Below, piece after piece: positions 21,979-32,323 of a stretch of 64,000 bases of DNA; position 1 is the stretch's first letter; each line of letters starts with the position of its first letter. Source of the DNA: Calditrichia bacterium (GTDB lineage Bacteria; Calditrichota; Calditrichia; JAJRVZ01); NCBI GenBank assembly GCA_963796965.1, contig CAWCNS010000016.1:64001-128000 (forward strand), read 5' to 3'. The notes under the pieces were generated by a model. That model was not told where the DNA came from. It made no database searches and saw only the letters and a program-made list of their open reading frames with translations. The translations under genes were made by a program, and so were the position numbers.

Positions 21979-22045
21979 AAAGTTCAGGGTATGCGGAGTA
22001 GATCCCGTTATACGGGAGCCCCCCTTCGCTACTTGTTTTTATTGG

Positions 22046-22087
22046 AATAAAGGGCCAGGCACTATTTTCTTACATGGCCCTTTATTT
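22046..22087. terminator. Probable bidirectional terminator
   Basis: AATAAAGGGCCA ... TGGCCCTTTATT. Confidence 0.65.
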
Positions 22088-22123
22088 TGTTACTGATACT
22101 ATCTACTATCAGGAAATATTTTC

Positions 22124-24250
22124 TTATCTGATCAGGATCAGTTTTTTTGTCTGCACGAATGCTTCTGCTTCAAGTCGGTAAAGATAAACGCCCGAGGCCA
22201 GATTTTGAGGCGTCCATACCAGCTGATAGCTGCCGGCTTGTTGTACGCCATCGACCAGAGAAGCAACTTTTTCCCCTAGGATATTATAAATGTCCAGTTT
22301 TACCTGACCGGTTTTCTTCAAACCATAACTGATCGTGGTAGACGGGTTGAACGGATTCGGATAATTCTGGTGCAGATAAAAACTTGTCGGTGATGTATTT
22401 TGTCCGTCGATGCCGGTCCAGAGCCGGTAGATGAACTCTACATAATAACTGCTGTCATTTTCCGTTACTGTAAGCAGTGTATCAGACGGAACCAGATAAT
22501 ACTCTTGCGGGTTGATCCATACCGGGGGACTTAACAACCACTGGCCCTCACATACGCGCAACTGATAGGTAGAATCTGCTTGCAGTTCAGCACCTGTCTG
22601 ATATACCCACGGCCATTCCCCCATCGTATTTATCCCGTAGAATGTTTCCCCCTGATTTATTGGAACATCACCGCGGAGTTTTACGGTGATGAGCGCATGG
22701 GCATAATTCAATTTAAAATGTAGTGTATCTACGGTGTCGGCCATGACACTTATCGCATTGTAGCGACTGGGCATTGGTAAATATTGATTATTGTCTTGAA
22801 TAAATTCTACATCATATTTACCGTTCATTACCGGAATAAAGAAATTATTGCTTTGATCGACAACTGATGAATAGGATGACGTATACGTGCTGTCCCAGGC
22901 GGTTACACGGCTACGATCATAGTCAAGATCTGTCGGATCCCCGGGATCAAAAGTGATTGTTCCGGCAATGGCCGCATTAGCCGGTATAAGCTTAAAGTAC
23001 ACCGTATCGCCGGGCATTGCCATTTGCCAGTTTTGTTCAATAATATATCCCGGTGGCGGAGGGGTTCCCCATTGCGGATCATCCTGCAGCCAGATATTAT
23101 AGGGTGTTCCTTCACGTACTGACAATTCAAAATAGCCGGTTGAGGGATCGGATTCTGTCTCCGTCTGACCAAGTGAATCCGACCAGGCTCTGAATCGATA
23201 CAATTTAGATGGATTCTGACCGTTCTCGCTGATATAACCGTAAATTTTCGCATTGGTTTGATAGGCAACCAGATTATACTCAAGACTGTCCCCCCAGGTC
23301 AGCTCAAACTGTTTATTGTCAGGCGGCTGGAGATAATCAGGAATAAGCATCCTGTCATCAGTCCTGATCTGAAATGTATTGGTCGAATCTGATCCCTGAA
23401 TGATTACCTGAGCAGGAATCGTGTAGTGGCCGCCGGTGACGACAGATTCAGTTTCACCTCCGCTTGTCTGATTAGCCAGATTAACATAACCATCGCGATT
23501 GATTAATGTACCGTTCTGATCGAAAATGCTGCCATAGACATAGGATGACGGCAGTTTGAAAGTGAAATTGATTGAAGCGGTGTTACCTGCCGGGATACTG
23601 CTTTCATAGCCCCTGGGATCTTTTATATACCCGGGCAGTGTGTTTTCAAATAGTGTACCAATTTCCCATTGGGCATCAGCAACGGGCAGATTGATCAAAT
23701 AGTCTCCGTTTACATCGGTCAGACCACTAAAAATACCGTTTTCTCCCATGGCGCCAATCATGACGTTTTCGTACTTTGAATCCGGTTTATCCGTCCCTTC
23801 GATCGTGATTGTGCCGGTAATCGTTGCCGGAGGATCGGTCATTGGATTGACCTGAAACCAGTTTGTTACTGAACTCTCATCCTGATCGGTGACGCGCATG
23901 ATATAATTTTGCTGGGCAAATCCAAATGGACCGAACTGCAAATAAATAATCCCGTCCGCTACAGTACTTGAATCAGAAGGTCCCTCGCCCTGCTCGCCAT
24001 CGGTAATGGTGAGGGTATCGAAAAAAAAGTCCCCCGTATCTATTGTCCGGGAGGCATTGAGATCAAGATATATTTCAACTGCCACACTACCTCCGACCGA
24101 AGAAAGATCCAGTTCCCAGGCAAAATTATCGCCCTGTGTAAGCGTATTAGAACTTTCCCCATTTACCCAGAACCAGAGATGTGTCGTCGCCTTTGAATTG
24201 ACGGGTAACATCATTGAACTTAATAATAAAAGCATTAAATATTTCTTCAT
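22124..24250 (-). CDS. Secreted multi-beta-sandwich protein with T9SS-type/FlgD-like C-terminal sorting domain
   Basis: Signal peptide; repeated 'I.G.I' carboxypeptidase-regulatory-like modules; FYLHQNYPNPFNPSTTISY...ASGVYLYRL..TKKLILIR. Confidence 0.85.
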   Translation of the reverse strand: MKKYLMLLLLSSMMLPVNSKATTHLWFWVNGESSNTLTQGDNFAWELDLSSVGGSVAVEIYLDLNASRTIDTGDFFFDTLTITDGEQGEGPSDSSTVADGIIYLQFGPFGFAQQNYIMRVTDQDESSVTNWFQVNPMTDPPATITGTITIEGTDKPDSKYENVMIGAMGENGIFSGLTDVNGDYLINLPVADAQWEIGTLFENTLPGYIKDPRGYESSIPAGNTASINFTFKLPSSYVYGSIFDQNGTLINRDGYVNLANQTSGGETESVVTGGHYTIPAQVIIQGSDSTNTFQIRTDDRMLIPDYLQPPDNKQFELTWGDSLEYNLVAYQTNAKIYGYISENGQNPSKLYRFRAWSDSLGQTETESDPSTGYFELSVREGTPYNIWLQDDPQWGTPPPPGYIIEQNWQMAMPGDTVYFKLIPANAAIAGTITFDPGDPTDLDYDRSRVTAWDSTYTSSYSSVVDQSNNFFIPVMNGKYDVEFIQDNNQYLPMPSRYNAISVMADTVDTLHFKLNYAHALITVKLRGDVPINQGETFYGINTMGEWPWVYQTGAELQADSTYQLRVCEGQWLLSPPVWINPQEYYLVPSDTLLTVTENDSSYYVEFIYRLWTGIDGQNTSPTSFYLHQNYPNPFNPSTTISYGLKKTGQVKLDIYNILGEKVASLVDGVQQAGSYQLVWTPQNLASGVYLYRLEAEAFVQTKKLILIR

Positions 24251-24477
24251 ATATACCTCTTTCAGTTAATTGGTTATTCTGAGTGATCGGATCATTTTGA
24301 TATATAGATAACTTATTTATAAACATTTTTTTTAGCCTGATTAATTCATAAATTTTGGATTTAAAAAAATAACACGAAATTTTCTTCACGCCCTCGCGTC
24401 TCTGCATGAGAAAATTTACTTTCACTAAAAGAGATCAATCTAAAAAACTAAACGAAAATTTACACGAGGTAAATATA

Positions 24478-25065
24478 ATGAAGAACTATTTTATGGGGAT
24501 AATTCTATTACTTTCTTTGTTTGGTAATCGCCTGTGGGGGCAGGAGTTACCGGTAGTGAGTATCTTTTACTATAGCAAAACGGGAAATACAAAAGCGATG
24601 GCGGAATCCGCTAAACGTGGTGCTGAAAGTGTCGATAGTGTCACCGTGCATCTATATTCAGTCGAGGAAGCAAAATCTGAACATCTTCTGGAAGCCGATG
24701 CGATTATTGTCGGATCCCCGGTCTATAAAGCCAACATTGCTCCATCCGTAATACAGTTTATCAATACCTGGCCGTTTGAGGGTACACCCCTTAAAGACAA
24801 GGTAGGGGCAGCATTCGTTACCGCCGGTGGGATTTCTGCCGGGGAAGAACTGGTCCAGATGAATATTCTCCAGGCGATGCTTCTCCATGGTATGATCATT
24901 GTAGGTGGACCCGATTGGAAGGGTGCTTTTGGTGCATCTGCCATAACCAGCGAAAAGCCATTTAATCTAGATTCTACCGATGGTCAGGTGCAGGAGCAGT
25001 TTCTAAAGAAAGCAGCTTCTTTGGGGAAACGGGTTGCGCTTTTAGCAAAACGTCTCAAAATATAA
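24478..25065 (+). CDS. WrbA/flavodoxin family protein with N-terminal signal peptide
   Basis: YYSKTGNT..MA, GSPVY, KVGAAFVTAGG; RBS GAGG before 24478. Confidence 0.85.
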   Translation: MKNYFMGIILLLSLFGNRLWGQELPVVSIFYYSKTGNTKAMAESAKRGAESVDSVTVHLYSVEEAKSEHLLEADAIIVGSPVYKANIAPSVIQFINTWPFEGTPLKDKVGAAFVTAGGISAGEELVQMNILQAMLLHGMIIVGGPDWKGAFGASAITSEKPFNLDSTDGQVQEQFLKKAASLGKRVALLAKRLKI

Positions 25066-25095
25066 TGTTTGTTTAAAGCCAAAAATAAATAAAAT

Positions 25096-25205
25096 ATTTC
25101 TCGCAAAGACGCAAAGTCGCTAAGAAAAGAAAAACATCTATTAACTAATCAAAAGAATTATTTTTGATTAATATCTTTGCGGCTCTGCGTCTTTGCGTGA
25201 GAAAT
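25096..25205. repeat. Inverted pair of CGCAAAG-type periodic arms
   Basis: ATTTCTCGCAAAGACGCAAAGTCGCTAAGA ... TCTTTGCGGCTCTGCGTCTTTGCGTGAGAAAT; related arms at 24385-24412, 44790-44817 and 60407-60551. Confidence 0.8.
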
Positions 25206-25221
25206 TCAATTATTCATTTAG

Positions 25222-26217
25222 TCAAATCTTGACAATTTGCTTGCCAATATTGTCGCCGGAGAATAATCCCAGTAAAGCGGATGGGATGTTCTCAAATCCT
25301 TCTACAATATTTTCGTGTGATTTGATTTTACCTTCTATCAGCCATTCTCTTAAATGTTCGCGCGCCTCCTTGAATTGATCCCGGTAATCATAAACGATAA
25401 AGCCTTGAAGTTTGGTTCGGCGGATAAGAAACTGGGGGTAGAGTCTTGGTCCCATACTGAGGCGGTTTAAATTATATAAAGCAATCTGTCCGCAAAGAAT
25501 CACGCGTGAAAAATTATTTAATAAGTAAAATACACCATCAGAAATATCACCGCCAACATTGTCAAAATAGATATCTACTTTATCCGGGCTAATTTTTCTA
25601 AGTGCTTTTCTGATGTTTGGAGAATTCTTATAATTGATAACCTCATCAAATTTTAATTCATCCTTCAGATAGGTGCATTTTTGATCAGAACCTGCAATAC
25701 CAATGACTTTACATCCTTTAATCTTTGCAATTTGACCGGCAATGGAGCCCACGGCGCCTGCGGCACCTGATATTACGACTGTTTCACCGCTCTTTGGTTT
25801 CCCAATATCAAGCAATCCAAAATAGGCAGTTAATCCGGTGAGACCCAAGGATCCCAGATATTCTGTGGGTGAAAGGTTCTTGTCCGCTTCGATCTTTTCA
25901 ACCTTTGAAGGAGAAACAACTGAATATTCCTGCCAGGGTAGTTGCCCGGTTACCAGGTCGCCCGGGTCGAATCCTTTATCATTCGACTCAACAATTTCAG
26001 CAATAACATCACCATTCAAAGGCTGGTTCAATTCAAATGGGGCGACGTATGATTCGACATTGTTCATCCGGTTTCGCATGTACGGATCTACTGAGATATA
26101 TTTTGATTTAACCAGAATCTGACCGATATCCGGTTTTGGAATCTCTCCTTCAATTAATTTCAAATTATCTTCATTTAACATCCCTGACGGTCGGGTGTTC
26201 AATAATATTTTTTTCAT
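25222..26217 (-). CDS. NADP-dependent oxidoreductase (CurA/YncB, prostaglandin reductase-like MDR)
   Basis: SVDPYMR, GLTAYFGL, SGAAGAVGS, YFDNVGG, GDNIGKQIV. Confidence 0.92.
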   Translation of the reverse strand: MKKILLNTRPSGMLNEDNLKLIEGEIPKPDIGQILVKSKYISVDPYMRNRMNNVESYVAPFELNQPLNGDVIAEIVESNDKGFDPGDLVTGQLPWQEYSVVSPSKVEKIEADKNLSPTEYLGSLGLTGLTAYFGLLDIGKPKSGETVVISGAAGAVGSIAGQIAKIKGCKVIGIAGSDQKCTYLKDELKFDEVINYKNSPNIRKALRKISPDKVDIYFDNVGGDISDGVFYLLNNFSRVILCGQIALYNLNRLSMGPRLYPQFLIRRTKLQGFIVYDYRDQFKEAREHLREWLIEGKIKSHENIVEGFENIPSALLGLFSGDNIGKQIVKI

Positions 26218-26312
26218 CGGAGACTTATCCTTTGATAGTATTCATTAGCCTGGATATTTCATTTCTTGCAATGTCGCGACGATCTATTTAAAAATGACTT
26301 ATTATTAATTTA

Positions 26313-26533
26313 CATGAGTGTCCGGTTTAAAAATCCTAATCGAAGTTACATCAAAACATATCGGTGCCAATCCCATTCTCTTGTAGAGAGAATGGGCTCC
26401 ATAAAGTCCCTCTCTTCAGAGAGGGATTTAGGGTGAGTTCTTTAAATCAAGTCCCAAAGTTACGAAATTAATTATTTCAATTAATATTACAGTCTTTAAT
26501 AACATCTGATTAAATCTTAACCGGACACTCATG
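26313..26533 (-). mobile_element. 221-bp MITE with perfect 15-bp TIR and 9-bp TSD
   Basis: TIR CATGAGTGTCCGGTT / AACCGGACACTCATG; ATTAATTTA at 26304-26312 and 26534-26542. Confidence 0.92.
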
Positions 26534-26901
26534 ATTAATTTATGTAATTAAACTTATTTGTATAATCCTTTCTGAAGGATTTATAAATAATTATTTACTA
26601 ACGACTTAGCACCCTTGTGAGAAATAGTAATTAATAGATCAGTTTATCTAATTATGAGCACAAAGTAAAAAGGAAAAGGGAAAAAGTAAAAGTAAAAAAG
26701 CAAAATAAATATGTGATCTATTATTAAGGGTGTATCAGATAATGTTTAAGAGAATGAGCTTATTTTATAATTACTCCTATAATTCGTGGACGATTTATTA
26801 AATTTCATATAAATTTATGCTTATTTAAAAGTCTATATCTTATGTATTATCAGAAATATTTAAATAATAGGAATTTGACGTTTTATTAAACTATATTAAT
26901 T

Positions 26902-27124
26902 CATTAGTGTCCGGTTAAGATTTAGATATGTAATCATAAACAACACGATATCAAATAATTTTATTAATATCCAAACATGGGAACTTGATTCAAAGAACTC
27001 TCCCTAAATCCCTCTCTTACAAAGCGAGGGACTTTGAGGAGCCCTTCTCGTGAAGAAGAGAAGGGATTTTTGGATGAGATTTTCTCTTAAAACATTGACT
27101 CTTCTTTTAAACCGGACACGTATG
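26902..27124 (+). mobile_element. 223-bp MITE (same family, opposite orientation) with 9-bp TSD
   Basis: TIR CATTAGTGTCCGGTT / AACCGGACACGTATG (13/15); ATATTAATT at 26893-26901 and 27125-27133. Confidence 0.92.
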
Positions 27125-27450
27125 ATATTAATTATTAAAAATCGTCGTGTCTTTTAAATCTTAGAAGATTAATCCCGGAATGTCGACGCTGTCGTCGGGA
27201 TGCGTTACTGTGCAAGAAAAATAATTAACCACAGAGACCATGGAGAAAAAATATATAGTTTTAAAAATTCGACTGGTGTAAATCTTAGATAAAAATATCA
27301 GATTTAAGAGAAGCAAAATTCAAAATCCTATTAAAACTTTGTGAACTTTGAGTCTACTTCGTGTCCTTTGTGTTAAAAATATGATATTATATTTCCCACA
27401 ATCTATATGAAACGAAATTAATAATCTTAAAGATGATAGAAGGATAAGTA

Positions 27451-28225
27451 GTGAAAACAAAACTGGAGATTGCCCAAAATTGGCTTCCCCGATATACGGG
27501 AACCCAAATAGATGAATTTGGTGATTATATTCTATTAACGAACTTTCATAACTATCTGTTAAAATTTGCTGAACAATATGATTGTGAAGTAAAAGGTCAG
27601 GGAAAACCGATGCAGACAGCAACAAACAATCTTGGGCTTTCTATCATCAACTTTGGAATGGGTTCAGCGAATGCTGCTACTATTATGGATCTTCTTGTTG
27701 CCCGTGAACCGAAAGGTGTGCTATTTCTGGGAAAATGTGGGGGGCTGAAGGCATCGACGGAAATTGGACACTTTATATTACCGATTGCCGCTATCAGGGG
27801 AGATGGAACCAGCGCAGATTATATGCCAAAAGAAGTACCGGCTTTGCCATCATTTAAATTACATAAATTTGTATCAAATAAACTTGTCGCCCATAATCTT
27901 GAATACCGGACAGGGGTGATCTACACAACCAATCGGAGACTGTGGGAATGGGATGACAACTTTAAAGAATATCTCGGCAAATTATCAGTGTATCGGTATT
28001 GATATGGAGACAGCGACCATTTTTGTAGTTGGACATGCCAACGAGATATCTCGTGGGGCGCTATTGATGGTCTCTGATATGCCACTTATTCCGGAGGGAA
28101 TTAAGACAGAAGAGATGGATGAAAAAGTTACCGCTGATTTTGTGGATTTGCATTTGCAGCTTGGGATTGAGGCGATGACAGAAATTGAAGAACAAGGTGA
28201 ACCGATCCGCCATTTTCGATATTAA
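27451..28225 (+). CDS. amn: AMP nucleosidase, Bacteroidetes-type short form (frameshift near 27985)
   Basis: NWLPRYTG, YILLTNF, GMGSANAATIMDLL, FLGKCGG, DMETAT, VSD.P. Confidence 0.88.
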
Positions 28226-28327
28226 GACGTTATGATAGAAAAACCTTAACCACAAAGTTCACAAAGAAAACACTAGCCAAAGGCGGGCAGGCTAAAATCG
28301 CAAAGAAATAAGAAAATCTCTGAATGA

Positions 28328-28378
28328 CCTCTCCCATTATCCCCCTCCTTACTAAGGAGGGGGAAAGAGGGGGTGGTC
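28328..28378. repeat. CCCCCTCCTT-N-AAGGAGGGGG hairpin repeat
   Basis: Perfect stem CCCCCTCCTT/AAGGAGGGGG; resembles the hairpins inside the 220-bp MITEs. Confidence 0.6.
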
Positions 28379-28485
28379 ATTACATTCTTCTTCCTTTGGT
28401 CCCGGTTAAAAATCAGATAAACAATTAAGTAGATCATTATTAAATAGAAAAAATCGATATATAAATAAAAATCGGATGATTATCC

Positions 28486-29584
28486 TTGATGATAACGCCA
28501 GATAATAAAAAATACATGAAGCGGGTTTTCGATCTCGCAAAAATGGGAATTGGAAAGGTGAGTCCCAATCCTCTGGTTGCTGCTATACTTGTGAAGAATG
28601 GCAAAATTATTGGTGAGGGATATCATCAGGAATATGGTGGTCCGCATGCAGAAGTTCATGCAATTAATCATGCCACTGAATCCCCAGCCGGGTCAACCCT
28701 CTACTGTAACCTGGAACCCTGTTGTCATCTTAATAAACAAACACCTCCTTGCGTGCCAATTATTATTTCACAGGAAATTAAAAAAGTTGTAATATCAAAC
28801 CCAGATCCAAATCCTGATGTTAATGGTAAAGGTATCCAACAATTAAAAGAGGCAGGAATTGAAGTTGAAACGGGTGTTTTGGAGAAGGAGGGTAAAGAAC
28901 TTAACCGCTTCTTTTTCAAATATATTAGCCAGAACTTACCCTATGTCACTGTCAAATTAGCTCAGACGATGGATGGCTTTATCTCATCTAATTATGATAC
29001 ACAAGAATGGATTAGCGGTAATCGTTCCCAGCAACTGGTCCATCAATGGCGGGCGCAATATGACGCTGTCTTAGTTGGTGGCAATACCTTGAGGGTGGAT
29101 GATGCAGCACTTACTGTACGACATTCTAAGGGCCGTGATCCAGTCCGGATTATATTATCTGCTTCATTGAATATGGAGGAATCCGCTAAAATATTTAAAC
29201 ATAAATCGCCGGAGAATACCTGGATCTTCACCACCGTTGGGGCAGATCCGTATAAGGTAAATAAGATGAAAAAATTGGGTTGTCGTGTGATATCTTTGGA
29301 TTCGAATAGTGATAATTATATAGCACTTTCCCGTCTGTTAGAGTATCTGGCAGAGCAAAAAATTACCTCTTTGTTGGTGGAGGGAGGGCAGCAGCTGAGC
29401 TTCTCAATTTCTCTATAGTAATTATTTTGATGAATTGAAAATTTTTGTCTCTCCAAAAGTCTGGGGTGAAGGTCTGTCTGCTTTTAAAAAAAGCCCGGAT
29501 TTAAGTTTTCCTCAATTGAATTTTGTAAAGTTAGAAAACGTTGGTGAAGATATCTTATTAACTTTGCAACCTCAGAAAAAATAA
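28486..29584 (+). CDS. ribD: Riboflavin biosynthesis deaminase/reductase (frameshift near 29398)
   Basis: PNPLV, HAE, LEPCCH, TPPC, LLVEGG; corrected frame ends ..GEDILLTLQPQKK* at 29584. Confidence 0.92.
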
Positions 29585-29664
29585 TCATTAATGTTTTTTA
29601 AAAATATTATATTGAAAACATAGTTTTTCATGTTTTCAGCACATTTTCTTTGTAAGTTTGCCAA

Positions 29665-30313
29665 ATGTTTACAGGTATCATAGAAGAAACGGGAATTTTA
29701 AAGAGTATTGGTGCAATCCCCGGTGGAAAAAAAATATCGATAAAGGCCTCCAGAGTGTTGGAAGACCTTAAGATTGAGCATTCAATTGCTGTCTCTGGTG
29801 TTTGTTTGACTGTGGTTGATGTGGACAAAAATTCCTTCACCGTAGAAGTCTGTGGGAGAAACGCTAGAAAAAACAACACTACATAATATAAGTGTTGGAT
29901 TTTTGGTCAATCTAGAGCGAGCCATGCGTATGAGCGATCGTCTCGGTGGGCATCTCCTGCAGGGTCATGTGAATGGTACGGGCCGGGTACATCAAATTAT
30001 ACAACGTGGGGATAATTGGCTAATAGAAATTGATCTGCCTGATAATTTAAAAAGATATGCACTTCCGGAAGGAAGCATTGCTATTGATGGGATCAGCCTG
30101 ACGATTGCACAAATAAAGGACGATAGAATAGGATTATCTATTATTCCTTATACTTATAAGAACACAACGATAAAAAATTTAAAAACTGATGATTATTGCA
30201 ACATTGAGACCGATATAATTGGTAGATATGTGGAAAAAATGTTGCATAATACAACAAATGAAGATGGGGGGAGCAAAATTACACCAGATTGGTTGCAAAA
30301 GCAGGGTTTTTAA
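29665..30313 (+). CDS. ribE: Riboflavin synthase alpha chain (frameshift near 29850)
   Basis: MFTGII, GVCLTV, VNLERA, LGGH, GISLT. Confidence 0.93.
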
Positions 30314-30366
30314 ATTTGAATTAGAATATTATTTATTAATGAATTGAATTAGGCTATACTAAAACT

Positions 30367-31578
30367 ATGAATAAATTTAATACAATTGAAGAAGCCATTG
30401 AAGCCTATCGGGGCGGTGAAATGGTAATTGTGGTCGATGATGAGGGTCGGGAAAATGAGGGTGACCTCATCCTGGCCTCACAGATGGTTACTCCAGAAAA
30501 AATAAATTTTTTGGCAAAAAATGCCAGGGGTATGATCTGTGTTTCGATTACTTCTCAACGAGCCAAGGAACTCAATCTGGAGTTTATGGTTGATGAAAAT
30601 ACTGCTTTGCATCATACGCCTTTCACGGTAACGGTTGATGCAAAGGCAGGCACGACCACCGGTATATCAGCTCAGGACCGGGCAGCGACCATTCAAACAA
30701 TCATCGATCCTCATACAGGTCCTGGTGATCTGGTCAGACCTGGGCATATTTTCCCTCTTGTAGCAAAAAAGGGTGGGGTGTTACGACGGGCTGGTCATAC
30801 GGAGGCGGCTGTTGATCTGGCAAAACTTGCAGGTCTGACCCCTTCCGGTGTACTATGTGAGATCATGGCTGATGATGGGTCGATGGCCCGAACGGATACC
30901 TTAATGGATTTTGCGGATAAATATCAGCTGAAAATCATCACTATAGAAGATCTTATTGAGTATAGACAGAATCGGGAAAAGTTAGTTCTACAAAAAGATA
31001 TTATAGATATGCCAACAGAATATGGCCATTTTAAACTCTATCTTTATCAGAATATTTTAGATGAGAGTGAACATCATGTAGCGCTTGTAAAGGGAGATGT
31101 TTCAAAAGGTGAGCCCGTGCTGGTTCGTGTTCATTCAGAATGCCTCACTGGAGATGTCTTTGGTTCTAAACGGTGCGATTGCGGAGATCAATTAGCGGTG
31201 GCAATGATGCAGGTTGAAAAGGAAGGTCGGGGTGTGGTTCTTTATATGCGCCAGGAAGGACGTGGAATAGGATTAGTAAATAAAATCAGAGCCTATGCTT
31301 TCCAGGAAAAGGGAAAGGACACTGTCGAAGCCAATGAAGCTCTTGGTTTTAAAGCCGATTTACGCGATTATGGAATTGGCGCACAGATACTCAAGGATTT
31401 AGGCCTAAAAAAAATCAAATTAATGACCAATAATCCTAAGAAGATTGTGGGATTGCAAGGCTATAACCTGGAAATTGTAGACCGTGTGTCTTTGGAAATG
31501 GAGCCAAATAAATATAATGAAAAATATTTAAGTACAAAACGGGATAAGATGGGGCATCTTATACTGAATAGGAAATAG
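30367..31578 (+). CDS. ribBA: DHBP synthase / GTP cyclohydrolase II
   Basis: [39 protein letters not shown]. Confidence 0.96.
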   Translation: MNKFNTIEEAIEAYRGGEMVIVVDDEGRENEGDLILASQMVTPEKINFLAKNARGMICVSITSQRAKELNLEFMVDENTALHHTPFTVTVDAKAGTTTGISAQDRAATIQTIIDPHTGPGDLVRPGHIFPLVAKKGGVLRRAGHTEAAVDLAKLAGLTPSGVLCEIMADDGSMARTDTLMDFADKYQLKIITIEDLIEYRQNREKLVLQKDIIDMPTEYGHFKLYLYQNILDESEHHVALVKGDVSKGEPVLVRVHSECLTGDVFGSKRCDCGDQLAVAMMQVEKEGRGVVLYMRQEGRGIGLVNKIRAYAFQEKGKDTVEANEALGFKADLRDYGIGAQILKDLGLKKIKLMTNNPKKIVGLQGYNLEIVDRVSLEMEPNKYNEKYLSTKRDKMGHLILNRK

Positions 31579-31586
31579 ATGGTGAA

Positions 31587-31654
31587 TGTAGAGAGTAAAG
31601 AGTAGAGAGTACGAAGAGTTCCCTCTCCACCCTTTACACTCTACACTCTACGCT
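31587..31654. repeat. Inverted pair of AGAGTAG / CTACACT 7-nt arrays inside the rib operon
   Basis: GAGAGTAAAGAGTAGAGAGTAC ... CCTTTACACTCTACACTCTACGCT. Confidence 0.7.
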
Positions 31655-31726
31655 TCTATGTCCCTACTTACTGTTATAATTTTAACAAATAATTTATGTA
31701 TAAGTTAAATATAATAAGGGAGAATT

Positions 31727-32191
31727 ATGATAAAGAAGATTGAAGGAAATCTGAATGCGCAGGGTAAAAAATATGTCCTGGTTGCAAGCCGCTTTAATGA
31801 GTTTATAACCAATAAACTGGTTGAAGGAGCCATCGATTGTCTTAGCCGTCATGGAGCCGATGAAAAAGATATTTCAACCGTCTGGGTACCAGGCGCTTTT
31901 GAGTTACCTCTTATCGCTGACAAATTGGCTAAATCAAAAAAATATGATGGGGTTATATGCCTTGGTGCTGTGATAAAAGGGGAAACACCTCACTTCGATT
32001 ATGTTGCAAATGAGGCAGCTAAGGGAATTGCACACGTATCCCTATCAACAGGTAAACCGGTCATATTTGGTGTTATCACAGCAGATTCTTTAGAACAGGC
32101 GATAGAACGAGCTGGTACTAAAGCTGGGAATAAAGGTTGGGATGCGGCCCTAAGTGCCATTGAAATGACAGATTTGATGACAAAATTATAG
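31727..32191 (+). CDS. ribH: 6,7-dimethyl-8-ribityllumazine synthase
   Basis: [31 protein letters not shown]. Confidence 0.96.
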   Translation: MIKKIEGNLNAQGKKYVLVASRFNEFITNKLVEGAIDCLSRHGADEKDISTVWVPGAFELPLIADKLAKSKKYDGVICLGAVIKGETPHFDYVANEAAKGIAHVSLSTGKPVIFGVITADSLEQAIERAGTKAGNKGWDAALSAIEMTDLMTKL

Positions 32192-32323
32192 TCATTATAC
32201 TCTGAATTATTTTGATAGGGTATGTGAAATAAAACAGTATTATAATTTATAATGATTATTATTTTGTAAACATCTGGTCAAGACAACTCAATTTATTGAT
32301 AATATTTTTTTGAGGTAGCAGCG

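Noticed and set aside
28226..28485. FMN riboswitch upstream of ribD
   Set aside because: No RFN consensus blocks; the region is occupied by dispersed repeats.
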